Origin: Malacoraja senta
Taxonomy: Eukaryota
Length of the DNA: 64,000 bases
NCBI GenBank assembly: GCA_038087875.1
Contig: CM075988.1
Location: 2,480,001-2,544,000, forward strand
Reading direction: 5' to 3'
Position numbers and translations under genes: made by a program. Below the pieces are notes generated by a model. The model was not told the origin of the DNA, did no database searches, and saw only the letters and a list, made by a program, of their open reading frames with translations. How positions within the stretch are numbered: the stretch's first letter is position 1; each line of letters opens with the position of its first letter. Positions 1-13,249 of this stretch are shown here, one piece after another.

Positions 1-215
1 TCTCAAACATTATGGTGCCCTGAAATGAGGGGACTATGTATAAACACAGCTGCAATTTCTACATGGTGAAACCAAAATGTATAAAAATGACATTTAATAA
101 AATGTGACAATGTGCACTTTAACCACATGTGATTTTTTTCAATTACAAATCTCAAATTGTGGAGTACAGATAAATAAATTATGGGTCTTTGTCTCAAACA
201 TTATGGAGGGCACTG
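1..215. mobile_element. Terminal inverted repeat of a Tc1-family (IR/DR type) DNA transposon; the element body lies upstream of the window
   Basis: Ends ...ggagggcactg followed by TA (216-217). Direct repeat tctcaaacattatgg at 1 and ~192. Reverse complement of the terminus at 63915. Confidence 0.8.
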
Positions 216-436
216 TATATACCTCTATACAATTCCCCTTCATGATACTGCACTCCAAGGAATAAAGTCCTCACCTGCCCTATAATTCAGGCCCCTGAGT
301 CCGGATAACTTTCTCGTAAATCCTGGGGCGGAAAGCAGTGATTTTTCTCTTGAAATCTGCTTCTGGTGGATGAAACATTTCCTTTTATAATCCTGGATCA
401 TTTTTCAAAAAAAGTTCACTTGTTAAATGCACCATA

Positions 437-1246
437 TAAGTAAAGTAAAGTAAAGTATCCTTTATTGTCATTCAGACATTTCAGTCTGAACGAAATTGTA
501 TACCTTGCAGTCATAACATAGAATAAAATAACAAAATACACACTTAACACAGTTGAACATCCACCACAGTGAGATTACCTGGCACCTCCTCACTGTAATG
601 GAAGGCAAAAGTCTCAAAGTCCTTATCTCTTCCTTCCTTGTTCTCCCTCTGCGTTGAGGCGAACCAGGCTTCCGATGTTGGGACCCCGCCGGGTGATGGT
701 AAGTCCAGCGGCCGCATCCGAGCTCCGCGAACGGGCTGGTTCAAACTCCGCGGCCCGGGGCGGTCGAAGCTGCCACCCTCCAGTCCAGCGGACGAAGCTG
801 TCGTTGCGGGAGCTCCGGAGAACCGGTCACCAACCTGGGACCTGCGAGCTCCCGACGATGTCGTCCACTGGGCCCGCGGCCGAGCCTCCGAGGCTCCGAA
901 GTCGGGTCGCCGCCGCAGCAACGCCACCACAGCCCCGAAGTCGGCCAGCCTCGCGTTGGAAAGTCCTGGCTCTGCCTCCGGAGCCTCGAGGTCGGTCCTA
1001 GTTGGAGGCTGCCAGCTCCGCCATTAGGCCTCAGCGCAGACGGAGACGGTGACGGGGGATACGACAAGAAAAGGCCGCATCCCCCCGAAGGAGGAGACTA
1101 AAAACAGTTTCTCTCACCCCCCCACACATACACAACTAAAATAAACGAAATAAACTAAACAACAGGACAAATGAAAACAAAAATAGAAAAGACAGACGGA
1201 CTGCAGGTGAGCCGCAGCTGCTTGGGCAGCGCCACCACTTCCGGAA
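437..1246 (-). mobile_element. GC-rich non-autonomous non-LTR retroelement (family unassigned)
   Basis: On the minus strand there is an AATAAA (461-466) and a (TACTT)n tail; the body is abruptly CpG-rich; its ORFs have no recognisable domain. Confidence 0.5.
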
Positions 1247-2349
1247 TGACATGACCACTGGGGCAATAGGTAGTCTTGGGGACTGGTGGCTGTGGATAGA
1301 GCTTGCACGAGTAGGTACAATTCATATGAGGAAACAGTAATCGGACAGTCACTATGAATCGCTTCACAGAATTGCGGAGCTCCCGTTCAAAAGGTTCAAA
1401 GCCAATGGTGCCGGGTATGTGGTGTCGGCTGCTGCTGAATTTGTTGACCTTAAGCAGTATCCCCTAACTACATGTGATGCATCAGTCTGCAACCCCCAGA
1501 TACCTGTTCACAGTAAACAAGTCAATGAAAGAGTGGAGCATGATGAGTCATGAGCCAAATAAACTGTCTCTTCCACAATCTCTAAGTGAGCAGAGGGAGG
1601 ATGAGACAGAAGTCTGACTGCCTGGTAAGAGGAGGAGTTGAGGTGTTGAACATCAAGCAGCATACGTCAGGACTCTGTTTTATGGTAAAGGTGCAATTGC
1701 ATCTCGGGTGCATAGAGGTGAAGATTCATACTCCTCCCAAAGTTCTCTGTGAGGTTCCATATGCTGCAAGATAAACTGCAAGATGAAGTTGTACTTGAAA
1801 CCCACTGCGAGCAGCAGCTGAACGTTTAGGCAAAGGGGTTAAAGTAAGGACCACATTTAATTTCAATATTCCGTGATTTTGATTGCCAAATATTGGCTCT
1901 TGTTCTTTTAATTTGAGTCCATTTAATTCCAGGATTACTTTCACACCTGCCAGTGTCTTTTATAAACCACCTGAATTTTAGGTTTCATACCATGATGTTG
2001 ATGCCAAATTTAGTGATGTATAAAGTTGGCTATGTAAAATCTTCGTGTTGCTGTTCATCTGAACTATGAAAGTCATCCAACAACGCATTTGTAGTTTGGA
2101 ATCCATTTACGGCATAGTTGCTTTGTGATAGTAACTCCACAGATCACAAGTATTCGTAGTTTATAAATGCTGCAGTTTCATTGAATTACATCACGACTAA
2201 TGTGCTATAATAGTTTGGTTAAATAGATTATCAATAGTTGAGTTTCAACATTGTATGGTAAGATTATAATATATCAAGTCAGTTACAAAATAATGAGTGT
2301 AGTTAGATTGTAATAGTGACAGTATGTAGACAGATCACATTTATAATAA

Positions 2350-2548
2350 GGTACACAAAAATGCTGGAGAAACTCAGTGGGTGCAGCAGCATCTATGGAG
2401 CGAAGGAGATAGGCAACGTTTCGGGTCGAGACCCTTCTTCAGGAGTCACCCATTCCTTCTCTCCTGAGATGTTGCCAGTCCCGCTGAGTTACTCCAGCAT
2501 TTTGTATCTACCTTTGATTTAAACCAGATCTGCCTTCTTTCCTACACA
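2350..2548. repeat. Fold-back Penelope-derived terminal repeat with hammerhead-like core (- strand, 2413-2444)
   Basis: Same sequence as the 3' terminal repeat of the Penelope-like element at 10168-10300; two arms in inverted orientation. Confidence 0.7.
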
Positions 2549-5317
2549 GATTTGTTGGATAATTGGCTTTGGTAAAAATTGTAAATTGTCCCTAATAGGT
2601 GATCGCTGATTGGTACGGACTCGGTGGGCCGAAGGGCCTGTTTCTGCGTTGTGTCTTTAAAGTTTAATTAATTACCGTGTCTTCGGTTTATGAGTGAGAA
2701 AGATCCTGTAGATTTGTATTGAGAGCCGAGTGATTTCCTTCAGTATGTTTTGAATGTGAACTTAGATATTTATAACCAGGGACCAATTCCGTCAGCTGCT
2801 AAAACAATTGCTTCACTTGTAAAATAATTTTGTAATCTTTTTATTTCTTTAGCATGTTGTGCTGCACTTTGGAATGTGTGCATAGCTGTACTTAAGCTGA
2901 GTGCACCTCCCATCTGCCTGACCAGTATTATTTCCGCAACACAAACAGCTGCTGTTCTCCCATCTCTTGGGTTTCTGCAGTCTCAGGAATGTCCTGGTTT
3001 TCTGATTGCTCCATTGATGCCTGCGGATCACCTCTAGCTCAGATTCAGATCTGAACAAATAGGAGAAAGTTAGCAGCAGTACCATAGGGCCCAAGTTCCT
3101 GAGTCTTGGACTGAAATTGACAATGGACAGTGCTGGGAAGAACTGTGCTGCAGGTACTGTAGCATCCCTCAGCTCAGAGCTGTGATCACAAGGTTGGTTT
3201 CTGGGGCCTCCTTCATTTATATTGTATGTTGGTGTTTTATATTCGGGAGGGTTTAACAGAAGCTGTCTTAATGATGACTGTCAGTGTACTTAATGATGAC
3301 TGTCTTAATGATGACTGTCAGATGATCATGTCCATAGGAACTGTTGCTCCCATCTTTTCTAGTTTATTATAATAACTAATTTAGTATTAGTATGAATTGT
3401 CACTCTGGTGTGCCATTGCATGTCTGCCTCATCGCTGGATGGGTGGATGTCGGTATCTCTATTACAGTGTTACAGTGGTTGTTGAGTGGTGTTTTGACCC
3501 CATTGTGCTGATCTGGTGTATGTTGAAGGTTTCTGCATGTTACATTGCTTTTTGAAGGAAGAAGAAATGTCCTTATTTCTGCCTACCATTTGAGTTTATC
3601 CTTAAAGAGTGGAAACTGTATCTCTGCCACATGGTTGTTTGGGTAAAAAAATGTTTCCTGGTTTCTGTTGTGTTGTTTGTGATGGGAAATGGGTCCAGTA
3701 ACACGATAATCTTGTTTAGGTGAGAAGGAAGTTCTGTGTCTCTAATGTTGTTGTCTGGATGTAGGGTGACGTGTGTTACAACCTTCACCCTCATTATGAG
3801 GCCCGCCCGGCTGATGTTATTTACTACTCTGATACTTTACAGATCCATTTCGAGCATTGGATAACTGTTAAGGGTTATTAGGATTAGTAATGAGATTTCA
3901 ATGGTAGGTTATTTATTATAGTAGGTTTATTATCCTCATCCTGTTCTGTGTATTATTCTCAATATCAAAACATACAATTAAAAATGTAGGTATTAGAATA
4001 ATGGGTTTTTTAACTACCTTGTTGAGAAATGGAATGAGATGCTAATTAACCTTCCCCGCCTCCCTCAGGCATTTCATCATGAGAACAGTGAGCTGTGACT
4101 CCAGTCCTTGTGGTTTCTCGGCTTGGAGCTGCACAATGAGTAACGCTACTGTCTCAAAGCTTCAGCGTCCTGGGATCAGCCCTCACCTCTGGTGCTGTCT
4201 GTGGGGAGTTTCCATGTTCTCCTTGTGACTACCTGTGTTTGCTCCCACATTAGAGTCATGGAGTCACACAGCGGGGAAACGGGCCCTTTGTCCCAACTTG
4301 ACTTCGCCGACTAACATGCCCCATCTACACTAGGACCCATGCTCGGCCCATAACCCTCTAAACCGATCCTAGGCATGTACCCTCCAAATATCTCTTAAAT
4401 GTTATGATAGTACCTGCCTCAACTACCTCTTCCAGCAGCTCGTTCCAGATACCTTCCACCCTTTGTGTACAAAGGGTACCTCTCAGGTTCCGATTAACTC
4501 TTTCACCCTCGTCTTAAATCTATGTCCTTTGGTTCTCGATTGCCCACTGTGGGCAAAAGATTCTGCGCATATACCTGATCTATTCCTCTCATGATTTTGT
4601 ATACCTCTATAAGATCAACCCTCATTCTCCTGTGCTCCAAGGAATATTGCTTAACCTCTCCCTATAGCTCAGGTCCTCGAGTCGATTCCAAACCTGCTAG
4701 TCAGTTGGTTAATTAGCCGCTGTGAATTGTCTGAGTGTGTGGCTGAGGCTAAGCAGTAGATGGGAGTGTGGATGGGAATGTGGGAAGAATAGAAAGGGAT
4801 CAGTGTAAGATGTGTAAATGACTGCTGAATAGACGACACAGCAGAACCAAAGGGCCTCGTCTCTGTACATAATAAAAGGCTTACTGAAACGTGGATATAT
4901 GTGTTCTCTACTTCAGCCATATTTTACATATTCTAAAGGGAAAGATTGCTTTGTTGATTCTATCCAGGAAAGGTAAAGTAGATTTTCATCTTTATGCCCT
5001 AGAAGTTTGCTTATCTTAACCATTCCTATCGTCGTCATGTCCAGTTAAATGTTTTAGTGCCATGAGTGGTAAATGGCAGCAGGACATGAGCAGGTTGTTG
5101 AGATTACAGACGTGCTGTCCCCTTGAATGACCTGTGTGCCGCAAACTATTAACTACATCATGGGTGTAAAATTGTGGAACTACAGAAGGTCTCGCAATCA
5201 CTTCACAAATAAACACGCCTCTGCCATCTGCTTATTTGTTTTGGAGACCAGTAATCCTCCAGCAATGTGAAGGCTGTACTTGGATGCAAGTGGTCCAAGG
5301 TCATTAACTGGGCCAGA

Positions 5318-5597
5318 AAGAATAAGGGGTAAGCCATTTAGAACGGACATGAGGAAAACTTTTTTCACACAGAGAGTTGTGAGTCTGTGTAATTCTCTGC
5401 CTCAGAGGACGGTGGAGGCTGGTTCTCTGGATGCTTTCAAGAGAGAGCTAGACAGAGCTCTTAAAGATAACGGAGTCAAGGGATATGGGGAGAAGGCAGG
5501 AACGGGGTACTGATTGTGGATGATCAGCCATGATCACATTGAATGGCGGCGCTGGCTCGAAGGGACGAATGGCCTACTCCTGCACCTGTTGTCTAAT
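5318..5597 (+). mobile_element. CR1-type LINE 3' fragment
   Basis: IRGKPFRTDMRKTFFTQRVVSL C-terminus and 3' UTR shared with the longer copies at 27.3 and 47.3 kb. Confidence 0.85.
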
Positions 5598-6029
5598 GGG
5601 AATGAGAATGCAGTTCTTTTTAATAGAAAAAGCACAATTCTACAAGTCTGCATTGATAAAGCCTACCCTTTATTTCTGGAGGCTGCAGTGGGTTTGTCTA
5701 CCTGGTGCAATTGTCACAGTGTGAAGAGGTCCAAGATCACTCATTAATCTTCTGAATTGCCAGCACCACTAATCCAATGATGGGCTGTTGGGAGAAAAAT
5801 TACTTCATACATGGTGGGAACAGAAATTCCTTCCACTTGAGAATTCATATGAGAAGCACCATGTATCTCTCAAAATCAACATATTATGTGTGTGTTTTTC
5901 CAAGGCCTTTCCTGCTACTGGCCGCATAGCTTAAAATGCACAAAATGCTCAGATTATTACGGTGTACTTTGGACACCATCCACCCTTGATGTATCAAGCG
6001 TCAGGATTTATTTGTGGGATATGGGATTG

Positions 6030-6750
6030 TATCCTGAAATCCCTTCAGCGGTTGGTGGTGAGCTAGTGCCTTGAATCACTGCAATCCTGATGAAGGTACT
6101 CCAACAGTCTGTTGGGCAGGAGTTCCAGGGGCATGACCTAGTGACAATGAAGGAATGGCAATTTTACTCCCAAGACAGGATATTGTGCAACTTGGGGAAA
6201 CCTGCAGGCACCAACTACTGTTGATCATCTTCCTGGCAAACGTCCCAGGGTTGGCTCTTGGAATAGATAGAGTGTACACTTGCAGTGCGTTTATAGTGCC
6301 CTGAAGGGGATTATGGTTAGGGTATCGAGGGGGTGCCATTCAAGTGGGCTGCCTTGTTCTGTGTGGTACTGAGTTTTCTTAATTGAGTTGGCACTGCACT
6401 CATCCAGGCAAGTGGACAGTATGCTATTATATGCTTTGCTATGTCTAGTGGGTGGTGGACAATCCTTATAATATCAGAAGGAGAGTTATTCATAGCAGGA
6501 TACCCAGGCTCTGACCTCCTCTTGCGGCCAGTATTGATGTGGTTGGTCCAGTTGAGTTTTTGGGCCGTGGTTGTTGATGGTGGCAGTCTTGATGATGGTA
6601 ATGTCATTGAATATTAAGGATAAGTGGTTAGATTCATTCGTGTTGTAAATAGTGATTGCGGTGTGAATGTTACCTGCTACTTCTCAGCCCATGCCTGAAT
6701 GTTGTCTAGGTCTTACTGCACGCAGACACGGGATGCTTCATTTGCGGAAG
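6030..6750 (-). mobile_element. Decayed LINE (CR1/L2-like) 3' region
   Basis: Remnant peptide YCPLAWMSAVPTQLRKLSTTQNKAAHL; related pieces near 19.6-19.8 kb and 25.2-25.5 kb. Boundaries approximate. Confidence 0.55.
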
Positions 6751-7218
6751 AGGCAACAGTTACGTCATGTCTTCCTGTTCCTTGTAAGAACAATCCATTG
6801 CCTTTCAGAACACCACCTTAATCCAGTGCTAATCCAGGAAGTTTAGCTCTCATGTTCAGGCGACATTCAGTCTCTGTTTAAGTCAGACCTGAGGGGCAGT
6901 GACCAAGGCTGCAGCTGTGGCTGAGTCTTTCAAAGCCCTCACCCAGTGGTAATTGTGTTATAGCTGTAGGTGCCCACTGTGAAGCAGATCAGCATTTACT
7001 GCAGAGACTTTACTGCAGCGGTACAGCCCAGCAATGTGCAAGCACTGCCTTGGCCCAATGAATCATTGGTGGCCCTTTAATTAATTTAATCTTCCTACAT
7101 GTCAGGATGGCAGTGAGCCAGCTACCACAGAGCAAGAACGAGTTGTAGTTTTGTTAAAAGTACAGATTCATCTTTAACACATTGAACTAAATGACTTATT
7201 TTTGTTTTTGTTCGACAG

Positions 7219-7368
7219 TTTCCAAAAAGCACGGCAAACTGATCACCTTCCTGCGCACCTTCATGAAGTCGCGACCCACCAAACAAAAGCTGAAGCAACG
7301 AGGAATCCTGAAGGAGCGAGTGTTTGGCTGTGACTTGGGCGAACACCTGCTCAACTCTGGTTACGATG
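7219..7368 (+). CDS. ARHGAP32: Rho GTPase-activating protein 32, internal coding exon (VSKKHGKLITFLRTFMKSRPTKQKLKQRGILKERVFGCDLGEHLLNSGYD)
   Basis: Pyrimidine tract + AG at 7217-7218 and GTAAG donor at 7369; 150 bp, phase 1/1. The peptide matches the remembered ARHGAP32 sequence just before the RhoGAP domain. Confidence 0.95.
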
Positions 7369-10167
7369 GTAAGCACTGCAAGTAGAGCAGGCGCACAGTG
7401 AGGGCTCCAGGAAATACCTCCACCTTGCTTAGTCTTGCAATCTGTAACGAATGCTAGGCAGGTCTGTCGAATTACAAATCAACCTGAATAATTCCTTTTA
7501 TTTAAAATCTGAATAAATGATGTTAATCAATACGTGTGTCCCTTTCTCGCTGAGGAAGCGTTCAGTCCAGAGAACTGGCAGTTGTGCTTGGTTGCATCAG
7601 TAGTTCAGAATTATTTTTATCAAAGTAATGAGAGACACGCTGTTGCAATAGTTAAACTTAAACTCATCCAAAACGTTGCTCATTTTCTAACTCGGCCCAA
7701 GTCCGAGATGAAGCGGAGCAGTCTATTTAGCTCCTTAACCTTGTTTCATTGTCATGTAAAATTGTGGCTCTCTTACGACATAACAGCATCTACTGTCATT
7801 TCTGAATACATTTTTTATCAATATCAGATTTGAAGTGAACAAATGCAACAACATTTTCTGTTTGCTGGAGAATTTGTAAAATGTTACCGAGGGTGCACAA
7901 AGATGCTTCTCAACATCTGGAAGGTCTTGTGGCCATTGACTTGCACTGGCTTCCTGTTGAGCAACAAGATCTAAGACACAAGAGACTGCAGATGTTGGAA
8001 TCTTGAGCCAAAGACAAACTGCTGGAGGAACTCGAGGTCAGGCAGCATCTGTGGAGGGAAATGGACACGCAGCGTTTTGAGTAGAGACCTTTTTTCAGAA
8101 TGTAGATAGTATGATATGATATCATACTATAGATAGTGTGTTTAATGAATAGTCACACTACAAGTTCAGAAAATAGATAGGTGATTGGCAGTGAAGGGCG
8201 GGATTGGCAGTGAAATGTTCTAGGGTATAGAACATGCAAAGGTCAAGGAGGGGTCGGGTCACACAGGGAGAACATCACATCAGTACTTAGAGGATATCCT
8301 GGAGATGTCATCCAATAAAGTTATATTGGTAAAATATAGGAATAAGAGAGTGACGCTCACAATCTTAAACTTATACTATAGGTCTCCCAATAGTGAGCAG
8401 GAATTTAAGTTTTCCCAAGAGAATTTTTTGAAACTATATGCAGATTGTCCTGCTAGAGATGGGATAGTACTCGACCTTATCTTAGGAAGTAAAACTTGCA
8501 AGTGTGGAAATGGGGAACACTTTGAGTACAATAACTACAATTCTGTACATTTCAAGGTAGTTCTGGAAAGAGATAAAGTCAGTCCTCACTTTTAGGCCCT
8601 AAATTGGGACGGTTTATTTCATTGGTGCAAGAGCATACCCGACAAAAGAAGATTGGAAGCAGATGTTTGAGGGTAAAGCAACATCTGACAGGTTGAGCCG
8701 TGTAGTTCAAGAGGCCAATGGGTGATGGAAATAATCTATTCTTGACACTAGGCTCCTGTATCACCTTCCTGACGATAGCAACCAGATGAGAGCGTGTCCA
8801 GGGTGGTGTCGGTCTTCGATGATATTAGCTTTGATATCATTTGGAGATATTGGATAAGCCAGGTATAGATGTCAGAGCCACTGATTGGTAGTCATTAAGG
8901 CACACTGCCTTGCTTTTCTTTGGTAATGGGATGTCAGTAGTCCTTTTTTAAAGCAGGTGGAGTAGAGGGAGGTTAAAGATGCAGGTCCTGATGACGTGAC
9001 CAGAGACTCCATGAAGGTCAGTTATTTGCTGTCAGGACGGCCACTGTCACTGTCAGTACAGCCAGTCTGACATCTGTGACAGTGACCAACCATCGGTACA
9101 GGTGAACCCGAGGCTGCCAGGGCGGGTGACGTCATTCCCCCAACCTTACGTTCAAAGCGGGCATGGTCGATGCCTTAGTTGTGTTTAGTCAGTTCTCTTT
9201 GGCAGATCATGTCATTCCAATTCCTGGCATCAAAGTTTGAAACCATCCATCTACTCTGTACACAGACATGGGAAACGTTTGCCAGATGGATAAAGGAAGA
9301 GGGTCAAGTTTAGTCTCAAAGCCTCCTTGAAGGAATGCAACACCCTACTCTTTCTTGGGAATGCCTTGCCCTTGACTGCTCAAAATGGAGAAGGAGCGTT
9401 CAGGGTGGGATTACAGACCTGGAGCCCATGTAACAAATGTGATGAAGCCCAATGTAAAGAGCAGAAGGAGTGCATCACCACGCAAGCTATTCACCTGCCA
9501 TGCTAGCAGGTACTTCCTGCACTGTCTGTGCAAGAGTTTATGGTTCCAACAATGGCCTCGTTGGTCACCCCAAAACTGACAGAACCAAGTGGGAATAACT
9601 TGTCCTTAATCCTGAAGGTCCCACTTCACAAGAAAAAAAAGTGCCCATTGCATTTTCACATGATTTTTAAGTAAGCCTCTCTACATTGCTGACTAATAAC
9701 TTGATTGATTCTAATGGTAAAACGATGAATGCGTTAATGGGATGGTAAATGGTATTATCATTATATCATTATAATAGGAATGGTAAAACGAGGAATGTGT
9801 TAATGGGAACCTCAACTTGGGGAATGCCGCCAGGCTAGTTGTGTGATTAGCATTTTGGGAACAGTGATTCAGTTTCAAGGTTATAATGAAAAGGCACAAG
9901 GGCAGACGAAATTTTGTCGTGAATTCGGGAAAGGCCAATTTCAATTTAAATCTAGTAAATATTGGCTGGGAGAAGATGCCAGTAAATTTACAATCGAACT
10001 GGGAATCTTTTTAAGTTCAGAGCCAACTTGTTCCATCAGGATGAAGGATAAGGAAATCAAATGTAAGTAACGTGGATGTCAAGAGGGCAATGGTGCGTTG
10101 GGTGCAATTCAGGTTATCGTTTTATAGGATGGTAAACTGGAGAGGGTGCAGAGCAGATTGAGCAGGA

Positions 10168-11708
10168 TGTTTATGAAGGAACGGCAGATGCTGGAAAATC
10201 GAAGGTAGACAAAAGTGCTGGAGAAACTCAGCGGGTGCGGCAGCATCTATGGAGCGAAGGAGATAGGCAACGTTTTGGGCCGAAACCCTTCTTCAGACTG
10301 ATGTAGGGTGGGGGGGGGGGGGGGGGGCGGTGCGGGAAGAAGAAAGGAAGAGGAGGAGCCAGAGGGTAAAGGGAAAGCTGAGAAGGGGAGGGGCTAATAA
10401 GGGCTATCGGAAATTGGAGAAGTCAATGTTCATGCCGCTGGGTGTAAACTGCCCAAACGGAATATGAGGTGCTGCTCCTCCAATTTCCGGTGGTGCTCAC
10501 TCTGGCCATGGAGGAGGCCCAGGAAAGAAAGGTTGGATTCGGAATGGGAGGGGGAGTTAAACTGCTGAGCCACCGGGAGATCAGGTTGGTTATTGCGGAC
10601 CGTGCGGAGGTGTTCAACGAAACGATCGACAAGCCTACGCTTGGTCTCACCGATGTAGATCAGCTGACATCTAGAGCAGCAGATGCAATAGATGAGGTTG
10701 GAGGAGGTGCAGGTGAACCTCTGTCGCACCTGGAACGACTGCTTGGGTCCTTGAATGGAGTTGAGGGGGGAGATAAAGCGACAAGTGTAGCATCTCTTGC
10801 GGTTGCAAAGGAGTGCCCGGGGAAGGGGTGGTGCGGGTGGGAAGGGAAGAATTGACCAGGGAGTTACGGAGGGAGTGGTCTTTGCGGAAAGCAGATGGGG
10901 GGGAGATGGGAAGATGTGGCGAGTGGTGGGGTCACGTTGGAGGTGTTATGGGGTATTGAAGAGACCCTGGTGAGAGCCTCATCTATAGTAGGGGAGGGGA
11001 TCCCCTGTTCCATGAAGAATGAGGAAATTTCCGATCCCCTGGTGTGGAACACCTTATTCTGGGAGCAGATGCGGCGTAGACGGAGGAATTGGGAGTGGGG
11101 GATGGAGTCCTTACAGGATACAGAGTGGGAAGAAGTGTAGTCTAGTTAGCCATGGGAGTCAGTGGGTTTATATTGGATGTCGGTCAGAAATCTATCACCT
11201 GGGATGGATATAGTGAGGTCAAGAAATGGTAGGGAAGTGTCGGAAATGGTCCAGGTGTATTTGAGTGCCGGATGGAAGTTAGTGGTGAAGTGGATGAAGT
11301 CAGCGAGTTGGGTGCAGGAGGTAGCACCAATGCAATCGTCGATGCAGCGGAGGTAGAGGTCGGGGATGGGGCCCTGGTATGTCTCGAACAAGGATTGTTC
11401 AACGTACCCTACAAAAAGACAGGCATAGCTGGGGCCCATGCGCGTGCCCATAGCTACGCCTTGTATTTGGAGGAAATGACAGGAGTCAAACAAAAAGTTA
11501 TTAAGGGTAAGGACCAGCTCCACTAGGCGGAGGAGAGTATCAGTAGACGGGAATTGGTTGGTTCTCCGGTCGAGGAAGAAACGGAGGGCTTTGAGACCCT
11601 CCTGGCGGGGGATGGAGGTGTAGAGTGACTGGACGTCCATGGTGAAGTTGAGGGGATGGGGGCCTAGAGAGTGGAATGCCGGAAGACGACGGAGAGTGTC
11701 TGAGGTGT
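10168..11708 (-). mobile_element. Penelope-like retroelement, 5'-truncated: RT + GIY-YIG endonuclease remnants + terminal repeat with hammerhead motif
   Basis: RT motifs DVQSLYTSIP, QIQGVAMGTRMGPSYA and LRCIDD; GIY-YIG NLIYCICCSRCQLIYIGETKRRL..RF.EH; 13-bp direct repeat agattgagcagga at 10155-10167 and 11709-11721; stops and deletions present. Confidence 0.9.
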
Positions 11709-11827
11709 AGATTGAGCAGGAATTTGTGGAGTTAGAATGTTTCAGTTAAAAGGAGAGTCTGGATAGGTTGTGTTTATTTTGCTTGGAGAGGAGTAATCTT
11801 ATTATAAGTGAACCTGGGTCTCTGGCG

Positions 11828-11945
11828 CTGTAAGGCAGCAACTCTACCGCTGCGCCACTGTAAGGCAGCAACTCTACCGCTGCGCCACTGTAAGGCAGCA
11901 ACTCTACCGCTGCGCCACTGTAAGGCAGCAACTCTACCGCTGCGC
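11828..11945 (-). repeat. Tandem 30-bp repeat x4 derived from a tRNA-SINE head (Pol III A box)
   Basis: Unit ctgtaaggcagcaactctaccgctgcgcca; three perfect copies plus one nearly complete; matches the SINE heads at 38.8, 55.0 and 57.0 kb. Confidence 0.9.
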
Positions 11946-13249
11946 AGCTGTGACGCCCTCGAGCTGATAATCCATATCCTCAACATCACGACGTTATCCT
12001 ATCATGGACCAAATGATCTTACAGCTTATCTGAGGCCGAACCTTTCTATACCTTTTGACTTATTTGACATTTTTTTGGTCCAGCCGCATGTTGAAATTAA
12101 ATTTCTCATTTTCTTGTTCAATTTCCTCTTTGATCTTAAACTTTTAGCTCCATAATTCCTTCAATTCCAAGTATGTGAACTGTTCTAAGACTAAAGTCAT
12201 GCAGTCGTACAGCCCAACTTGTCCATTCCAAATAAGTTGGCATACTCGGCTAGTTCGATTTACCAAAATTTGGCCCATGGTCCTCTAAACCTTTCCTATC
12301 CATATATCCATATATCCTAGTCATAATTGTATCCTGTTCAGTGCTTCCTCAGGCAGCTCATTCTAATTACAGATTATCCCCTGTGAAAAGTGCCACCTAG
12401 GTCCCTCTCCCCTCGTACTTTAAGGCTATGCGCTCTAGTTTTAGAATCCTTCACTCTTGGAAGAAAATTGTGAGGGTTCACTTTATCCATGTCCTTGTGA
12501 TTTTTGTATACTTTAACTAGATCACTCCTACACTCTGCCTATCAAGCCTATCCCTGGGTTACAGAAATATAGTTCAGGTATTAAACTGAAGCAAGCTAAA
12601 ACTAGGAGTTTAATGTTCAACAGCTGTTTTTGAAAAGCGGACAGCGCTCATATTTTTTAAATTAATGCTTGGTGTGTGGGCATCAAAGGCAGAGCCAGAA
12701 TTTTATTTCCCACCCCTAACTCCAAGAAGATGGTGGTGAGTCACCTTGCATATGTTCTGGAACGCACCAAAAAGATATGTTCCAATGAGAACGAAAAATT
12801 GCCATGGAACGTCCCATCACTAGTGGTTAACTAAAAATGTTAAAGATATATTAAACTTAAAGAAAATACACAATGATCAGTAGCTCAGAAGATTGGACAA
12901 AATCTAAAAAACGGTAAAGAGTGACTAGATGATTATGAAGAAAAAATGTCAACGCAGAATAAAATAAAAGTAGTAATATGAAAGCTGAAAGTAAGAGTTT
13001 CCATTGGTATTATCAGAAGTTATTTATGCGAGCTTAGTCCTGTAGAAAGTGAATCTGGAGAATTCACATTTGTATCATTATAAAGGAAAGAGTAACAACC
13101 CAGAAATAACTGAATCAGAGATTGTATGGGGATGGAGGGAGAAACTCGTCAAAATTGCAACCACTGGGGAAATGATGGAGCTATAGGCTAACATGTCTCC
13201 TGGGTCCTGATCAACTCCAGGGTCTGAAAACATACCTTGTGTGATAGTT

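Noticed and set aside
544..1067. Overlapping 100-130-aa ORFs as a gene
   Set aside because: GC-rich repeat open in several frames, with no domain and no splice support.
4069..4087. Possible small upstream exon after cctccctcag
   Set aside because: The peptide does not match remembered ARHGAP32 sequence; splice-like signals alone are insufficient.
9712..9810. 30-bp direct repeat pair
   Set aside because: Simple local duplication with no further structure.
11828..11945. CRISPR-like array of 30-bp repeats
   Set aside because: No spacers, eukaryotic context, and the unit is a SINE head.
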